A DNA stretch of 64,000 nt from the human T2T-CHM13v2.0 reference genome, Homo sapiens: assembly GCF_009914755.1 (NCBI RefSeq), contig NC_060946.1, one strand, 5' to 3'. The position numbers and the translations under genes were made by a program. Positions 1 to 13,521 of the stretch are shown piece by piece (positions within the stretch are counted from its first letter, which is position 1; each line of letters begins with the position of its first letter). The notes under the pieces are model-generated. The model made no database searches. It was not told the origin of the DNA and was given only the letters and a program-made list of their open reading frames with translations.

Positions 1-273
1 TTCATCTCGGACGGTTTCCGTGGTTGTATCTGCAGCTTCACTGATCCTGTTTCCGCAATGTCTGATCTGGCATGGATCCGTCCCCCGCACTTGTTGTCTT
101 CATCCTTAGAAGGTCAATTTGGCTCTTTTTTGTCCCTTTTATGTCTGTCCTCAACTTTTTGGGCATATGGAGCAAAGTTACAGTGACTTAATGTGATCTG
201 CCGCTTCTGACGTCAGGTCAGCCCTAGGTTTGTTTCACTCAGCTGATTTTCTCTTTGTTGAGTGCTGCGAGGC

Positions 274-322
274 TGTGTGTGCATGTGTGCGTGTGCCTGT
301 GCATGCACGTGTGTGTGTGTGT
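274..322. repeat. Imperfect (TG)n microsatellite
   Basis: tgtgtgtgcatgtgtgcgtgtg...gtgtgtgtgtgtgt read directly. Confidence 0.85.
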
Positions 323-1196
323 GTTCCTATAAATATTCGTGAGCTCTGTTCGGAGACACAGTTCAGGTACTTGGAAACAGCCTGGTTCTCTGGGTCTCGG
401 TTTAGGAAATGTGAGGTGGGAGCAGGGCAGCGTCTGTCTGGGGCTCACACCACCCCTTGCTGAGGGGTGTCCATCTCAGTGCTGTGCCCTGGAGCCGCCT
501 AGTTCGCAGGCTTTCCCGCGAGGCTGCCGGAGACAGGCACTGCTCCAGCCCAGTGTGAGCTTCAGGCGCCGTTTTCTGGGTTTTTCTCTCTAATGCTCCA
601 GGTTTTCTCAGCCTCTCACCAAGCACTCCAGCGAACTCAGCCCTCTTCTCTGGCACTCTGTTCTGCGCCCTGGCTCCAGCTCCAGCCCTGTCCCTCAACT
701 CAGGTCCCCCGAGGCCCTGCCTGGGCTGTGACCGTCTCCCCAGGCTCGCCCCGTCTCTCAAGGCCCACCACCCTTCCTGACTGAAAACTGTTGTTTCACA
801 TTTGATGCCTCATATTCTGGCTGTTTCAGATGGCAGGTGCATCTGTCCTTGTGGCTCTGTCTCGGCCGGAAGCTGCCGGCCGCCCTCTGAGGTGGGAAAA
901 TAGGCATTTTGTCTCCATTTTACATTCAGGAAACTTCAGCTCAGAGAGACAAACTGATGGGCCCCAGGGCCCACAGCAGATAAGAGGGGCAGCCTCACAG
1001 GAGGGCGGGCCTGCATCTCCGGCCCTCCTCACCCCGCATCCCCAGCATCACATTGCCCTAAGCGTGGCGCTCCACGAAACGTCACCCCCAGCAGCATGGG
1101 CCTCGCCTGGGTGGGAGGTGAAAAGGCGCAGAGGCTGCTGACGTCCTCTCCTGTTCTCATTCGGCTACATCTGGAAAGGGTGGTGCTGTCTAGCCT

Positions 1197-1866
1197 GGGC
1201 CCAGGAGGGGAGGACCCCACAGCCAGGCAGGGCTCAGGAGGGGAGGACCCCACAGCCAGGTGGGGCTCAGAAGGGGAGAACCCCACAACCGGGCCGGGCT
1301 CAGGAGGGGAGGACCCCACAGCCAGGCGGGGCCCAGGAGGGGAGGACCCCACAGCCAGGCGGGGCCCAGGAGGGGAGGACCCCACAGCCAGGTGGGGCTC
1401 AGGAGGGGAGAACCCCACAGCCAGGCGGGGCCCAGGAGGGGAGGACCCCACAGCCAGGCGGGGCCCAGGAGGGGAGGACCCCACACCCAGGCCGGGCCCA
1501 GGAGGGGAGGACCCCACACCCAGGCGGGGCCCAGGAGGGGAGGACTCCACAGCCAGGCGGGGCCCGGGAGGGGAGGACCCCACACCCGGGCCGGGCTCAG
1601 GAGGGGAGGATCCTACAGCCAGGCGGGGCCCAGGAGGGGAGGACCCCACACCCGGGCCGGGCCCAAGAGGGGAGGACCCCACAGCCAGGCGGGGCTCAGG
1701 AGGGGAGGACCCCACAGCCAGGCCGGGCTCAGGAGGGGAGGACCCCACAGCCACGCGGGGCTCAGGAGGGGAGGACCCCACACCCGGGCCGGGCTTAGGA
1801 GGGGAGGACCCCACACCCGGGACGGGCTCAGGAGGGGAGGACCCCACACCTGGGCGGGGCTCAGGG
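1197..1866. repeat. GC-rich VNTR, 33-bp unit (CAGGAGGGGAGGACCCCACAGCCAGGCGGGGCC), about 20 copies
   Basis: The tandem unit is visible. The 11-aa periodicity (GPGGEDPTARR) of the overlapping ORFs confirms a 33-nt period. Confidence 0.95.
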
Positions 1867-3262
1867 AGCCACTGGGCGAGGGCTGTGCTGCAGCTCCTCC
1901 CTCCTCACCTGCGTGCCTGAGCTGAGCACCTGTCCTGCCTGCCCGCGGCGTCCCCTTTCTTCCCTTAACCTTCAATGTGCTCTGCGCTCCTGCTGCCCTC
2001 GGGGCCAGTCCCTGTCTTTTAACCCACACTCAGCCCCTTCTCCCTCCTTCTCCATCCCCGCCACCTCCTCTAACTCATCCCTGTGGCCTCCATGCCCTTC
2101 CACGGCCCTTGGAGCCGCCCGTGGCGGATGCCACTCACAGCAGGGGCTGCTCAGGCCGCCCCACCCCGAGCCGGCGCCCCCACTCCCTCGGCTCCCCTCC
2201 GGCTGCGGCTGCAGGAGCAGCTGCGTGTGGCTGTAAAGCAGAACGCCCGTGTGCGAGGGGGAGCTGTATAAATAGAATAATAATAATAATAATTGTTGGT
2301 TTGGGATTTTTCTGCGACTGCTGGGGTGCCTGGCCTTGCCCGCCCCGCCAGTCACTCTTGAAGGAAAGGTCACCCTCGCCGGGAAGATAAACCCCAATAA
2401 CGCTGGTATAATTAGCACAGGCAGTATTTAGATGCTTTCCTCGGTACAATTAGGCAGGAATAATTGGCTGAGCTATTTTCCCCATGCCGGACACACTTTT
2501 TGCCAGCTTCCGTTCTTTGGAACTTCATGCCGGGACATTTGTTCTCGGCATTCTGTCCAAGCTGTCCTGACCCAGTTGCCACCAGGCCCTCAGCACGGTG
2601 CTCACGCGGCAGCATCTGCGAGGCCTCCTTTGGGCCCGGCTGTGTCGCCTCCCCCGAGGGACGCTGGAGGGACAGTGCGGCAGAGAGGGGTGGGAGCTGA
2701 GGGTCGTGCACACAGCAGGGTGTCCTGGGGTCAAACCTGGACCTCTGGACCAGGAGCTCCGAGGAGCTGAGCTGGGCTGGGCCTGGAGCTGGGGGGCCTG
2801 TGCAGGGTGGGGCTGGGCCGGCCATGGGCATCCATGAGGGAGTGAGGCCATGAGCGGGGGAGTCAGGCATAGGCTGTAACAAGTCCTGTGGCCAGCCTGG
2901 AGGAGGAGTCCCTCGGCTGCGGTAATACACCAGAGGCGAGAAGCTTGCTCTCTCCCTCCTCAGAGCGCGGACAGGCCAGGCAGTGACTATCAGGGCTCGG
3001 CGGTGGCTGCTGCTCCTGGATCACCCTCGGGCCTTGGATGTGCAGCAGGCAGGCTGGCCCCACAGCACCTGAGACTCCTGTGCAGAGCCCAGCTGTGAGG
3101 TGTGAGGCTGCCAGGAGTCCTCGGTATCCCGGTCTAACAGGTTGTGTAGACCACGGTAGCACCAGCCATTTTCACGCTGTACCCAGCAGGCTCAGCACGG
3201 TCTTGACGTTATCACGCCCGAACTTTGGGATACAGATCACTGCTGCCGAGGTCATGAAGCCA

Positions 3263-3436
3263 AGCTGGGACTGTGCTAACCCCAGGGCTGGGACTGTGCC
3301 GGCCGCCAACCCCGCCCGGGGCTGGGACAGTGCCGACCGCCAACCCTGGGGCTGGGACTATGCTGACCTCCAACCCCGGGGCTGGGACTGTGCTGACCTC
3401 TAACCCCGGGGCTGGGACTCTGCTAACCTCTAACCT
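3263..3436. repeat. Short minisatellite, ~30-bp unit (GCTGGGACTGTGCTGACCTCTAACCCCGGG), 5-6 copies
   Basis: Repeated ggggctgggactgtgc...aacccc units. Confidence 0.85.
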
Positions 3437-6400
3437 CCAGCAGCACCCGCTGGGATGAGGGCACACATTACCCAGGTTTATCACCTCTGGACCCTGATGC
3501 CATGGTCCAAGGCCTTCAGCCCCTGAGACTTTTTAGGGAAGGGAGGGCAGCCCTGGCCGTGGAGGCTCGTGCAGAGTTGTGTGCATGGTGAGACTGCCCA
3601 GCACTGTTCACAGGCGCTCAGACGGGCACCGCAAAGACCCGTGGACAGACAGAGCTGTGCCCCACCTGGGATTCGCACAAGCCCAACCTGGGTGCCCTGG
3701 CCACTGGGTGCCGAGGGGCATGGGCCCGTGTCTCTCACACCTCAGCAGCAGCCCTATGACAGGTGGCCTCAGCGGACTCTGCTGTGGCCACCTGACCAGC
3801 GCCACCCACCCCAACCAGCTGGCTGGGCTCACGCTGTGACCCACGCCTGGCGTCTGTGGTGCCACCAGCCAAGATGCCAGCCATGACGCCAGCGTGGCAC
3901 CCCAAGCCCAGGACATCTGGGGCAGGTGGGTGGGCAGCACCGGCCTCAGCAGCCCACAGAGGGGCCTCCCACAGAGTGTCTGGAGACGCTCCAGGCAGAC
4001 GGGCAGACGAGCAAGACGCCTGAGGGTTGCAGGCCAGGTGGATAAGGATTGGGGCTTGCATGTGTCCGCAGTGGGGAACCCGTGTGCTCAGCGGCCTGTC
4101 TCGAAGCTGTTCCGCTCTTGCAGATATAATTTAGATATACATTTTTCCTAATTACAAATATGCAGCATATAAAAAAATCTGGAAAATGCAGAGAACCATG
4201 AGTCACTTTCCATCCCAACACTCCGAGTTAACCGCCATTAACATTTTGAAGATTTTCTAAGGGTCCTTTTGCACTCTGTGAGTGTGGGTGTGAGAGTGTG
4301 TGTCGTGCTGCAGTGTGAACTTGAAGGGTTTTCTCACCCCTGAAGTTCAAGGCTGACTCTCGGCGGACGCTGCTGAGTCTTCTCCCCGGCTCGCCCCATG
4401 TGTGCATGAAAGTGCCTGGAATGCGTCAGATTCTCAACTTGAGAAGCCCGGAGAGTCTTTTGAAGTTGAAAACACTGATTTCCTTACAGCCTCAAGACAA
4501 AAAAAAATCTCCCCTTCGCTGGCTTTGAGAGCAGGTGTCTTCTACAAGCGAGGTTCACAGGGACCTGTGGCTGCCCCGGCAGATGCCAGCCAGGCACGCC
4601 CATCTCCTCTCCCACGGGTCCTGGTGGGGGAGCCTCTGTGGGAAGCCTGGGGGCTCCGGGGCCTGGCAGACAACCAGTCCTGCTGCAGCGAGGTGGGGAC
4701 AAGGCCGGGAGCAGCTCACTTCCCAGTAGAGGCCATCCGATGGCACCAGGGCACGGGGCAGCTGCCGTCCTCATGGCCCGGGGTAACGTGGGCACAGGGT
4801 TTCCTCATCCCACTGTGCTCGGTGTCTCCCCTGAGCCCGGTGATTTTACGCACCTGACTTTGTTAGTCTTCTCGGCAATGCCCAGCATGCAGACCAGGCT
4901 CAGAGAGGTGTGTCGGTGTGCCCAGGGTCACGCAGCTTCCTGGTGGCCAAGCCGAGGTTAGAAGCTAGTTCTGGTGGGTGTGAAAGCCCCCGACGTCGGC
5001 AGCTCTGCCACCAGGCCCACACAAGCAGGTGGTGTAAGAGGGGAGGTGTTGGGGCCGGCAGTGCTCAAGTCAGGATCGAGCCGTCTATCTGGAAGGTCGT
5101 CGAGGGTGTGTGGTGGTGGCTGGGAGGTGGTGGCAGGCTAACTACCTGCCGTTTTCCTGCAGTGCCTAGGCCCAGGAGAGGGAGCAGCCCCCAGTCAGGA
5201 CCCAGCTGCAGGACACCCCATCCTCATGCACCTTGCTTCCCGCTCTCCCTCCCCCCACAAATGGGCTCCCAGCATAACTTCCCCCAAGGGCTCCTTTCCT
5301 CTCCTCTCCCCACACACAGCCCTGCTCGGGAGTGGCGCTTGCAGCACACCAAGGACAGGAGGATTGGGCTTCAGGGAAGCAGGCGCCTGGAGCTGTGTCC
5401 AGTTAGGTGCATGGCGCTTGCAGATCTGAGCATGGAATATTCATGCCTCCCCCAGCCCAGCAGCTGCGGCTTCTCATCTGGAACAAGGGGGTGCTTCTCC
5501 CAGGAAGGCCAGTGGGAGCAGGGGTGTGTCTGAGAACGCCGGGCGCTCTGCCCTCACGATGGCTGCTGATGCCACAGCCCCGGCCTCTGTGCCCAGGCCA
5601 CTCTCCAGCCTGGTGAAGTCTGTTCTGGGAAAAGAGAGAAGCAAGACAGATGTGGGCCTTGCCCTGTGGGGCCAGGGCACGGGCAGGAATCCCACTTGGG
5701 GTTAAGACGCTGCAGTCACCCCCCTCCGGGTTCTGTGCACTGGCCCCTCCAGGTGCTGGGGTCCTCTGTGGCCGTGGCGTTCTAGGAGAGATGGGCAGGG
5801 AGACGCTGGCGCCCTGTTGTGTAGCTTGTCCTTGTGTCTGCTTCACAGGCTCTTCCACTGTGCAATTTCCTAAAATTTTGGCGAGGCCCATTTATCCATT
5901 TTAATTTTATTCTATGGATTGTGCTTTGGTGTTGAGTGTCAGAGCTCTGCCTCATCCAGATCCTGAAGATTTCTTTTTTAAAATAATTCTGTGTTTTACA
6001 TGTAAGTTCATGATACAGTTTGAGTTAAATTTTATATGAGATGTGAGGTTTCGGTCAAAAAAAAATTTTTTTTTAACTAAGTGTGTCCAGCTGCTCCGGC
6101 TCCAGCTGTAGCAAAGACAAGACTGCCCCTCCTCCACTGAAGCACCTTTGTGACTTTTTTGTGACTTTTCTGTATCGATTAATAGGATCATATGTTGTTT
6201 ATTCTTTAGCCTGTTGATATAGCAGATTACATTGATTGATTTTCAAATACCAAGCTAGCCTCGTACACCTAAACTAAGTCCCACTTGGTCACGGCATAAT
6301 ATTCTCTGTTAGAAAGTGGCCTGGACACGTCTGTGGGTCTCTTTCGAGTTCCTCTGTTCTGTTCCGCTGGTCTCCACATCTCCCCTCCAGCGCTGCCCCA

Positions 6401-6568
6401 GCCATGTCTGTCTGATGTAGGAGCTGTATAACGCTGTGCTGTAGCTGTACAGTTCTCAACATCAGGAAGGGCAATTCCCCTACTCTTCTTTTTTGGAATG
6501 GCTTTCCATATACATTTTAGAATAATCTTGTGTCTCTCTACCAAAAAAAAAAAAAAAAAAAAGATGCT

Positions 6569-6832
6569 GGCCAGGCATGGTGGCTCACACCGGTAATCCC
6601 AACACTTGGGGAAGCCAAGGCAAAAGGATCGCTTGAGCCCAGGAGTTGGAGACCAGCCTGGGCAACACAGGGAGACCCCATCTCTATGAAAAAAACACAG
6701 CCATGAGTGGTGGTGCGCACCTGTAGTTACAGCTACTTGGCACGTTGAGGCAGGAAGATTGCTTGAGGCTGCAGTGAGCCAAGACCACACCACTGCACTC
6801 CAGCCTGGGTGACAGAATAAGACCCTCTTTCC

Positions 6833-6890
<58 letters not shown>
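6569..6890 (+). mobile_element. Alu (AluJ-like) with A-tail running into (AT)n
   Basis: ggccaggcatggtggctcac...cactgcactccagcctgggtgacag, then poly(A) and (AT)n. Confidence 0.9.
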
Positions 6891-6892
<2 letters not shown>

Positions 6893-7214
6893 TGAGGTTT
6901 AGACAGCAATTACCTTAAAACCAAAGATCAATTTTGGAAAAATTGATTTACTATAAGTCTTCCAGTTCATAAACATTGTATCTATTTATACAAACATTCT
7001 TTTGATTCCTTTCATCAGTATTTCCTAACTTTCTGCAAACAGACACTATACAAGTTTTTGTTAGATTTATACCCAAGTATTTAAGATGTTCTGTAAATTA
7101 TATTGCCTTTTAATTTTGTTTTTCACTTGTTTGCCATTGCTTTATAGAAATGTGGTTAATTTTTGTATGTTCATCTTATTTCCTGCAACCTTTGTGAACT
7201 CACTTAGTGTTCGA

Positions 7215-7374
7215 GGAGTTTTCTGCAGATTGCTCAGGATTTTCTACATGGGCTGTCACGTCATTCTAGGAGTTTTCTGCAGATTGCTTAGGGTTTTCCA
7301 CGTGGGCCGTCACGTCATTCTAGGAGTTTTCTGCAGATTGCTTAGGGTTTTCCACGTGGGCCATCATGTCATTT
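7215..7374. repeat. 54-bp tandem repeat, 3 copies, inside the L1
   Basis: ggagttttctgcagattgct starts at 7215, 7269 and 7323. Confidence 0.9.
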
Positions 7375-8242
7375 GCGAGTAGGGACAGTTCTGTTCTTTT
7401 CCAATCCCTATGCTGCTGCTTTCCTTTTCTTACCTGCATGCCCTGGCGTGAGGAGCTCCCATGCTGGGTTGAGGATGAGTGGGGAAAGCCAGCTCTCCGC
7501 TGACCGAATGAGGGAAGGCGGCCAGACTCCTCCGTGAAGCAGCGTGAGCTGAGGGTTCTTCATGGTGCTTTTTACCAAGTCGGAGGACTTTCCCTTGATT
7601 CCTGCTTTGCAAGAGTTCTTGTCAGGAATGGAGATTAAATTTTGTCAAATGCTTTGCCTGTGTCAATAGGATCATATCATTGTTTTCCTTTAGCCTGTTG
7701 ATAGGGTGAATAACATTGATTGATTTTCAAATTTGAACTAGCCTTCGTTGTACACCTAAACTGAATCCCACTTGGTCAGGGTGTGATACTCTTTTTCGTA
7801 GATTGCTGGATTCCATTTGTTAGTACTTGTTGAGTATTTTTGCATCTAAGTTCATGAGAGACTGATACTTATTTTTCTGTGTGTGCGCACCATCCTTGTT
7901 GGTTTCAGTACAAGGTTAATAGTGGAAAGGTGTTTCCCTGTCTTTTGTTAACTGAAAAAGGATTGTGTAAAATTGGTATTAATTCATATTTAATGTTCGG
8001 TAAAACTTTCTAGTGAAACCATCTGGGACTGGAGATTTTGAGTAGCATTTTAATTACAACAAACTCGATTTATTTAATGGTTATAGGACTACCGAGGCTA
8101 TTTTATCTTGGCACGTTTTGGTAGTATGTGGTTTTCGACGAATCCGTCCAGTTCGTTATGAGCATCAAGTTTTGTTGTAGTATTTTTTATTGTTATTTTA
8201 ATAGCTTCTGGATCTATTATAATATTTCCATTTCATTTCTGA

Positions 8243-8874
<632 letters not shown>

Positions 8875-10650
8875 GCCTTATTGCTATTTTTTAAAGAACC
8901 AGTTTTTGGTTTTAATAACTGTCTTTTGTTTTCCTATTCATTCCTACTTTTATTATTTCCTCCTCCTGCTTCGGGCTTGTTTCTCCCTGCGTTTCTTGAA
9001 GTAGGAATTTAGAGAAGCAATTTGAGATCTTTCTCCTTTCCTGATACTGGCATTGAGTGCTGTCTGTTTCCCTCTAAGCACTGCCTTGGGTGCGTCTGGC
9101 AAATTTCATTATGCTGTATTCTTGTTTCCATTCTGTTCTCTTTTTTATTTCCTTCGAGGCATCCCATTTGACTCGTGGATTACTTAGAAGTGTGCTGTTT
9201 GATTTCCAGGCACTTACAGTTTTCCTGTTGTCCTTCTCTGACTGGTTTCTGGTTTTGATGTCCACTGGTGTGGCCTCCACCTCTTCACACCACCCCACAG
9301 ATGAACAGCATTCACATAACTTCCCAGTATCTCGAAGTAGCATCGTTTCCATTTCCTGCGTGTCTTCTCATTTTACTGCATTATTTCAGCTTTGCTTGTT
9401 TGAGCCAGGATTCAGGGCTTCCTTCATTCCATCTCTAGCTTCCTCCCCTTGAGTTTCCCCGTTCATGGAGTTTCTCTTGGACCCTCAGCAGCAGGGGGTC
9501 TTGTTCTTGACAGGAATCCCTCACACTTCCCCCTTGGCCTCCGAGCCCCACCACATCCTGCAGTTGGTGGTGTGTGGAGAGAGGCGCTGTCTCTGCTCTC
9601 CAAGCACTTTGTCAGCCTCCACCCCTCCCTCACTCCGTGCCTCTTGTCCGTGCCCGCTGGGACACCATGGGGCTCGGCTCGGGATGGTGGGACCAGCGCT
9701 TAGTAAGACCCCTCAGCCCTAGGCACCGTGTGAGCACTGCTCACGTGGCAGAGCTGGAATGGGGGCCGGGCACACACTCCCTGGCCCACGTGTTCCACGG
9801 ACGTGCTGCAGAGGTCCCCGGCCCTCCAGGGCAGGCCCTCTCTGCTTCCAGAGGGGCAGGTGAGCCCCAGGCCAGGCCAGGCCAGCCGGGGTCTGGACTG
9901 GAGTGCAGTGGCCACAATGGACGCCGCGAGTGTCTTCATTAAGAGTGAGTGTCTCAGTCTCCCCCAGGGCACCCGCCAGCCACATGGCCGCTATGTGTGC
10001 AGACTAGACAGGTGGCAGCTCGGGCCGGCCAGACAGAGGGAGAGGAAGCCAGAGCCTGCGCGCAGGCAGCCTCATAAATATTTCCAGCCACAGCCAACGT
10101 GTCTTACTGACAATTTGCTTTTTAAAAAATTGCGCTCTAATTTTAAGTGAGCAGCCCCTAATTACAGTGATTTACGAGGTACCTGGGGACTGTGTGATAT
10201 TTGAACATGGCAGAGGGCTGAGCAGAGATGGCAGAGATGGATGGGCCCGGTGCCACTCATTCAGCAGGTCCTGCTAATGCCGGAGTGTTGGACCGAGGTG
10301 GAGCCTCCCAATGCGGCCGGGTATGCTGGGGGAAACGGAGTCAGAGGTGGGCTGCACGGCAGGTCGACTTGTTCACAGGGGGCTGGTGTTTTGCAAACGC
10401 TGGGTCTGCCTTCGTGTAGGGTTTGAGCTGGGAGAGTAGCACTGGTCACTCCTGCCTGTCTCCGTCCACCCCCACCCCCACCTGGAGGGCAGTGCGGTAT
10501 CTTAGGGCGTCATTCTTCCAGAGCCGCCTGAGGCCAGCAGAGAGGAAGTGCTGTAGGAGCCGTGAGTGGGCGGCCCGGCCTACCATTGGGAGCAGCTGTC
10601 TTGCTGATGCTGGCAGGGTGCACCTGTTTCAAATAAAGAATGATCAGAGA

Positions 10651-10924
10651 TCACACCTGTAATCCTCACGTCATGAGCAGCTGAGGCAGGAGGATCACGT
10701 CAGGCCAGGAGTTTGAGACCAGCCTGGGCAACATAGCTAAAGCCTATCTATCTCTCAAAAAAATTTAAAAATTAGCCAGGTGTGCTGGCACATGCCTGTC
10801 ATTCCAACTGCTCAGGAGGCTGAGGTGGATCACTTGAGCCCAGGAGCTCGAGGCTGAGTGACCCATCATCATGCCACTGCACTCCAGCCTGGGTGACAGA
10901 GTGAGACTCATCTCTAAAAAAAAA
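10651..10924 (+). mobile_element. Alu (AluJ-like)
   Basis: tcacacctgtaatcc...actccagcctgggtgacagagtgagact plus A-tail. Confidence 0.85.
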
Positions 10925-11639
10925 TTGTTTTAGAAATGAACAGCCAGGCTCCCAAAGCCTGCCAGCCTCTGAGGGCCGGGGAAGGCGGGTGCCTGGAGAA
11001 CAGCTATTCTTTGGTCCAGCCTGGCCAGAGTCTGCACCACAGTGCCCCAGGCCCAGCCAGGTTGCCAGCCCTGGGTTGGGAGGAGGGCGAAGGGCCGGCT
11101 AAGGAGACTTCTTCCCACACTGCCTCCCCACCCCTGCCCAGCAGCTGCAGGAGAATCAGCCCCTCTGACATTTAGGGGGAGAAATTCAGAATCAAGAGCA
11201 GAAGGCAGAAATGAAAGGATTTTCTCAGTGAAAGGTCAGAGTGGTTTCTCTTGTTTTTGTTTAAAAATGGTTTGTGTTGAACTATGACAAGGCCAAATGT
11301 ACTAAGGCAGCAGAAACAGGGGGAGGGCAGGGGGAGGGCACGGGGACGGCTCCTGAGAAACAGAGGAACAGGTCAGGCCGCAGGGCCTCGGGGGCAGCAC
11401 GTGCTCCAAAGGTGGTGAGGGGAGGGGCGACACCATCAGGGCAGGGCCCAGCCCAGGCATGCTCCGGTGGACAGGGGAGCTGCCAGGACCAAGCTGGATG
11501 GAGCCAGGCCGCCCTGTGGCTCCTGGGGAGGGTTCCCAGAGGGCTGCCGGGCGAAGGGAGTCCTTTCCAAAACGGTTTCCTGAGCTCTGATGCACACACA
11601 TGCAGCTCACCCCCAAGTCTAGCGTTCCATTAGTCTACC

Positions 11640-12340
11640 GTTCCGTTCTTCCCAGCACATTCGGTGCGCAGCCGCGACCAGTCTAACCGTGGCACCTTTC
11701 CACCGGCCCTGAGCCCTGGCGTGCCCCTCCACGACATCCCCTGGGCACGGAGTTGTGTCGACAGGTCTCTGTGACTGGCTGGGCATGTTTTCGGGGTTTG
11801 CCCGCGGGGCAGCGTGTCTCAGAGTTTGGCTGTACGAAGCGGTGTTGACGGGTAAACCCGGTTTTGTCTCTCCCTCCGGCGGTTGAGGGCTGGTTCCGCG
11901 TTCCATCTGTTAGTGATGGGATCGTGTTGCCGTGGACGTCCGTGCCGAGGTCTGTGTGTGGACAGCGCTCAGACCCCCTGGCTGCGCGCCCGGGCGTGTG
12001 CTGGGCCCATGGACTCTGCGTTCAGCTCTTTGAGGAGCCGCCGGCTGTTTGCAGTGGCCGCATCACACACGCTCCCGCCAGCGACGCGGAGGGTCTGATT
12101 CCCCTCGACCCAGCAGCTCATGGTGTTTGCTCTCAGTGGCCGTCGGCGCGAGGCGGGTCCGTGTCTCGCTCAGTTGAGGTTCACGTTTCCCCGGTGCCCG
12201 GCGTCCTGGCATGAGCTCACTGGCCGTGTGTGGCTCTTCTCTGGAGAAATGTTCAAAGGCCCCTTGTTTAATCGGCCCTTTCCTCTTCATGGTGGAGTTG
12301 TGGGAGTTCTGGGCATATTCTGGGTACAGGACTTTTCAGG
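11640..12340 (-). mobile_element. Highly diverged, GC-shifted antisense L1M 3' region
   Basis: Motif order matches an antisense L1 3' end (gtgtggaca..., tttgaggagccgccggctgttt...cagtggc, tcttctctggagaaatgt, atattctgggtac). Confidence 0.55.
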
Positions 12341-13103
12341 GACGTGGTTTGAGAGGGAGCTTTGTGGTGGGCTGGGTTTGTGTCCTGCCTGACCTGGGGC
12401 TGTGTGGGTGCTGACCGGGGTGGGGCTGGCTCTCGGGGGCAGCTCAGAAGGGCCTCTGTCCACTCCCCACACAGCCCAGGACTGTGGCACAGCAGCTTGC
12501 TCAGACCTGCTGTGTGACCTGAACCCTGTGCCTCCTGCCCTGTGTCCCCTGGGGCCTGCAGCGCTGTCTGGAAGCTCCTCCTTGCCCGTTCTCCAGTTAC
12601 AGGAGGCCTCCCTCTGGGCTGCAGAATCCACAGAGCCAGACGCCCCCTGGGCCCCCAGCGCCCCCCTGCACAAGTGGGGAAACTAGGTCATGGGGCCCAG
12701 GCAGTGTGGAAGGCGTTGCAGGAGTTGCCCAGGGTGTGGGGTCCTCCAGCCTCAGTGAAGAGTGGCACTGGGGCCTGTCACAGGTGGGGGCACAGGTGCT
12801 GGAGCCCCCCAGGTGGAGGAAGGAGCAAGGTGGCAGCCCCTCGGGTGGGCACACCCTGCAGTGCCTGGGACCCCCAGCTGCCTGGGTAGATGACAGTGTA
12901 GACAACAGAGACCTTGCCCTGGGTTAATTCAGTCCCTTTAGGTGACCTGGAATAAGGCCTGGCAGGGTTGAGGACGCATCTACCCCTGTCCAGGTCCTCA
13001 GACTGAGGGAAGCCCCCATGGCTGGAGGAGCTGTGTAGGGAGGGAGGGGAGAGGGAGAGGCCTGTCGGGCTGACCGCTGTCTTGTCTCTTGACCGCCCCG
13101 CAG

Positions 13104-13262
13104 GCCACCAGGCCCTCGGGTTCCAAGATGCAGCTACTGGAGACAGAGTTCTCGCACACCGTGGGCGAGCTCATCGAGGTGCACCTGCGGCGCCAGGACA
13201 GCATCCCTGCCTTCCTCAGCTCGCTCACCCTCGAGCTCTTCAGCCTCCAGACCGTGGCGTAG
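13104..13262 (+). pseudogene. MAD1L1: MAD1L1 terminal coding exon (C-terminal 52 aa plus TAG); probably a segmentally duplicated 3' fragment
   Basis: The acceptor is cttgtctcttgaccgccccgcag|GCC. It translates to [52 protein letters not shown], matching the recalled MAD1 C-terminus (ATSPSGSK...LFSRQTVA) except S>R and R>L. No other MAD1L1 exon is recognisable in the window. Confidence 0.85.
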
Positions 13263-13515
13263 CCTGCGCCTCGGGGGCATAGCCAGAGCCACTCTACTTG
13301 GCCTGACCTGCAGGTCCCTTGCCCCGCCAGCCACAGGCTGGGTGCACGTCCTGCCTCTCCAGCTCCACAGGGCAGCGGCATGACTGACAGACACGCTGGG
13401 ACCTACGTCGGGCTTCCTGCTGGGGCGGCCAGCACCCTCCCCACGTGCAGACCCCATGCGTCCCGGAGCCTGGTGTGTGGGCGTCGGCCACCAGCCCGGG
13501 CTCCTCACCTTGTGA

Positions 13516-13521
13516 AATAAA
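13516..13521 (+). terminator. AATAAA polyadenylation signal of the MAD1L1-type terminal exon
   Basis: tgtgaAATAAAatcttc lies ~255 nt after the stop codon. Confidence 0.8.

Noticed and set aside
1029-2029. Long ORFs of 131-274 aa (collagen- or mucin-like)
   Set aside because: They are by-products of the stop-free 33-bp VNTR, open on both strands, with no splice or homology support.
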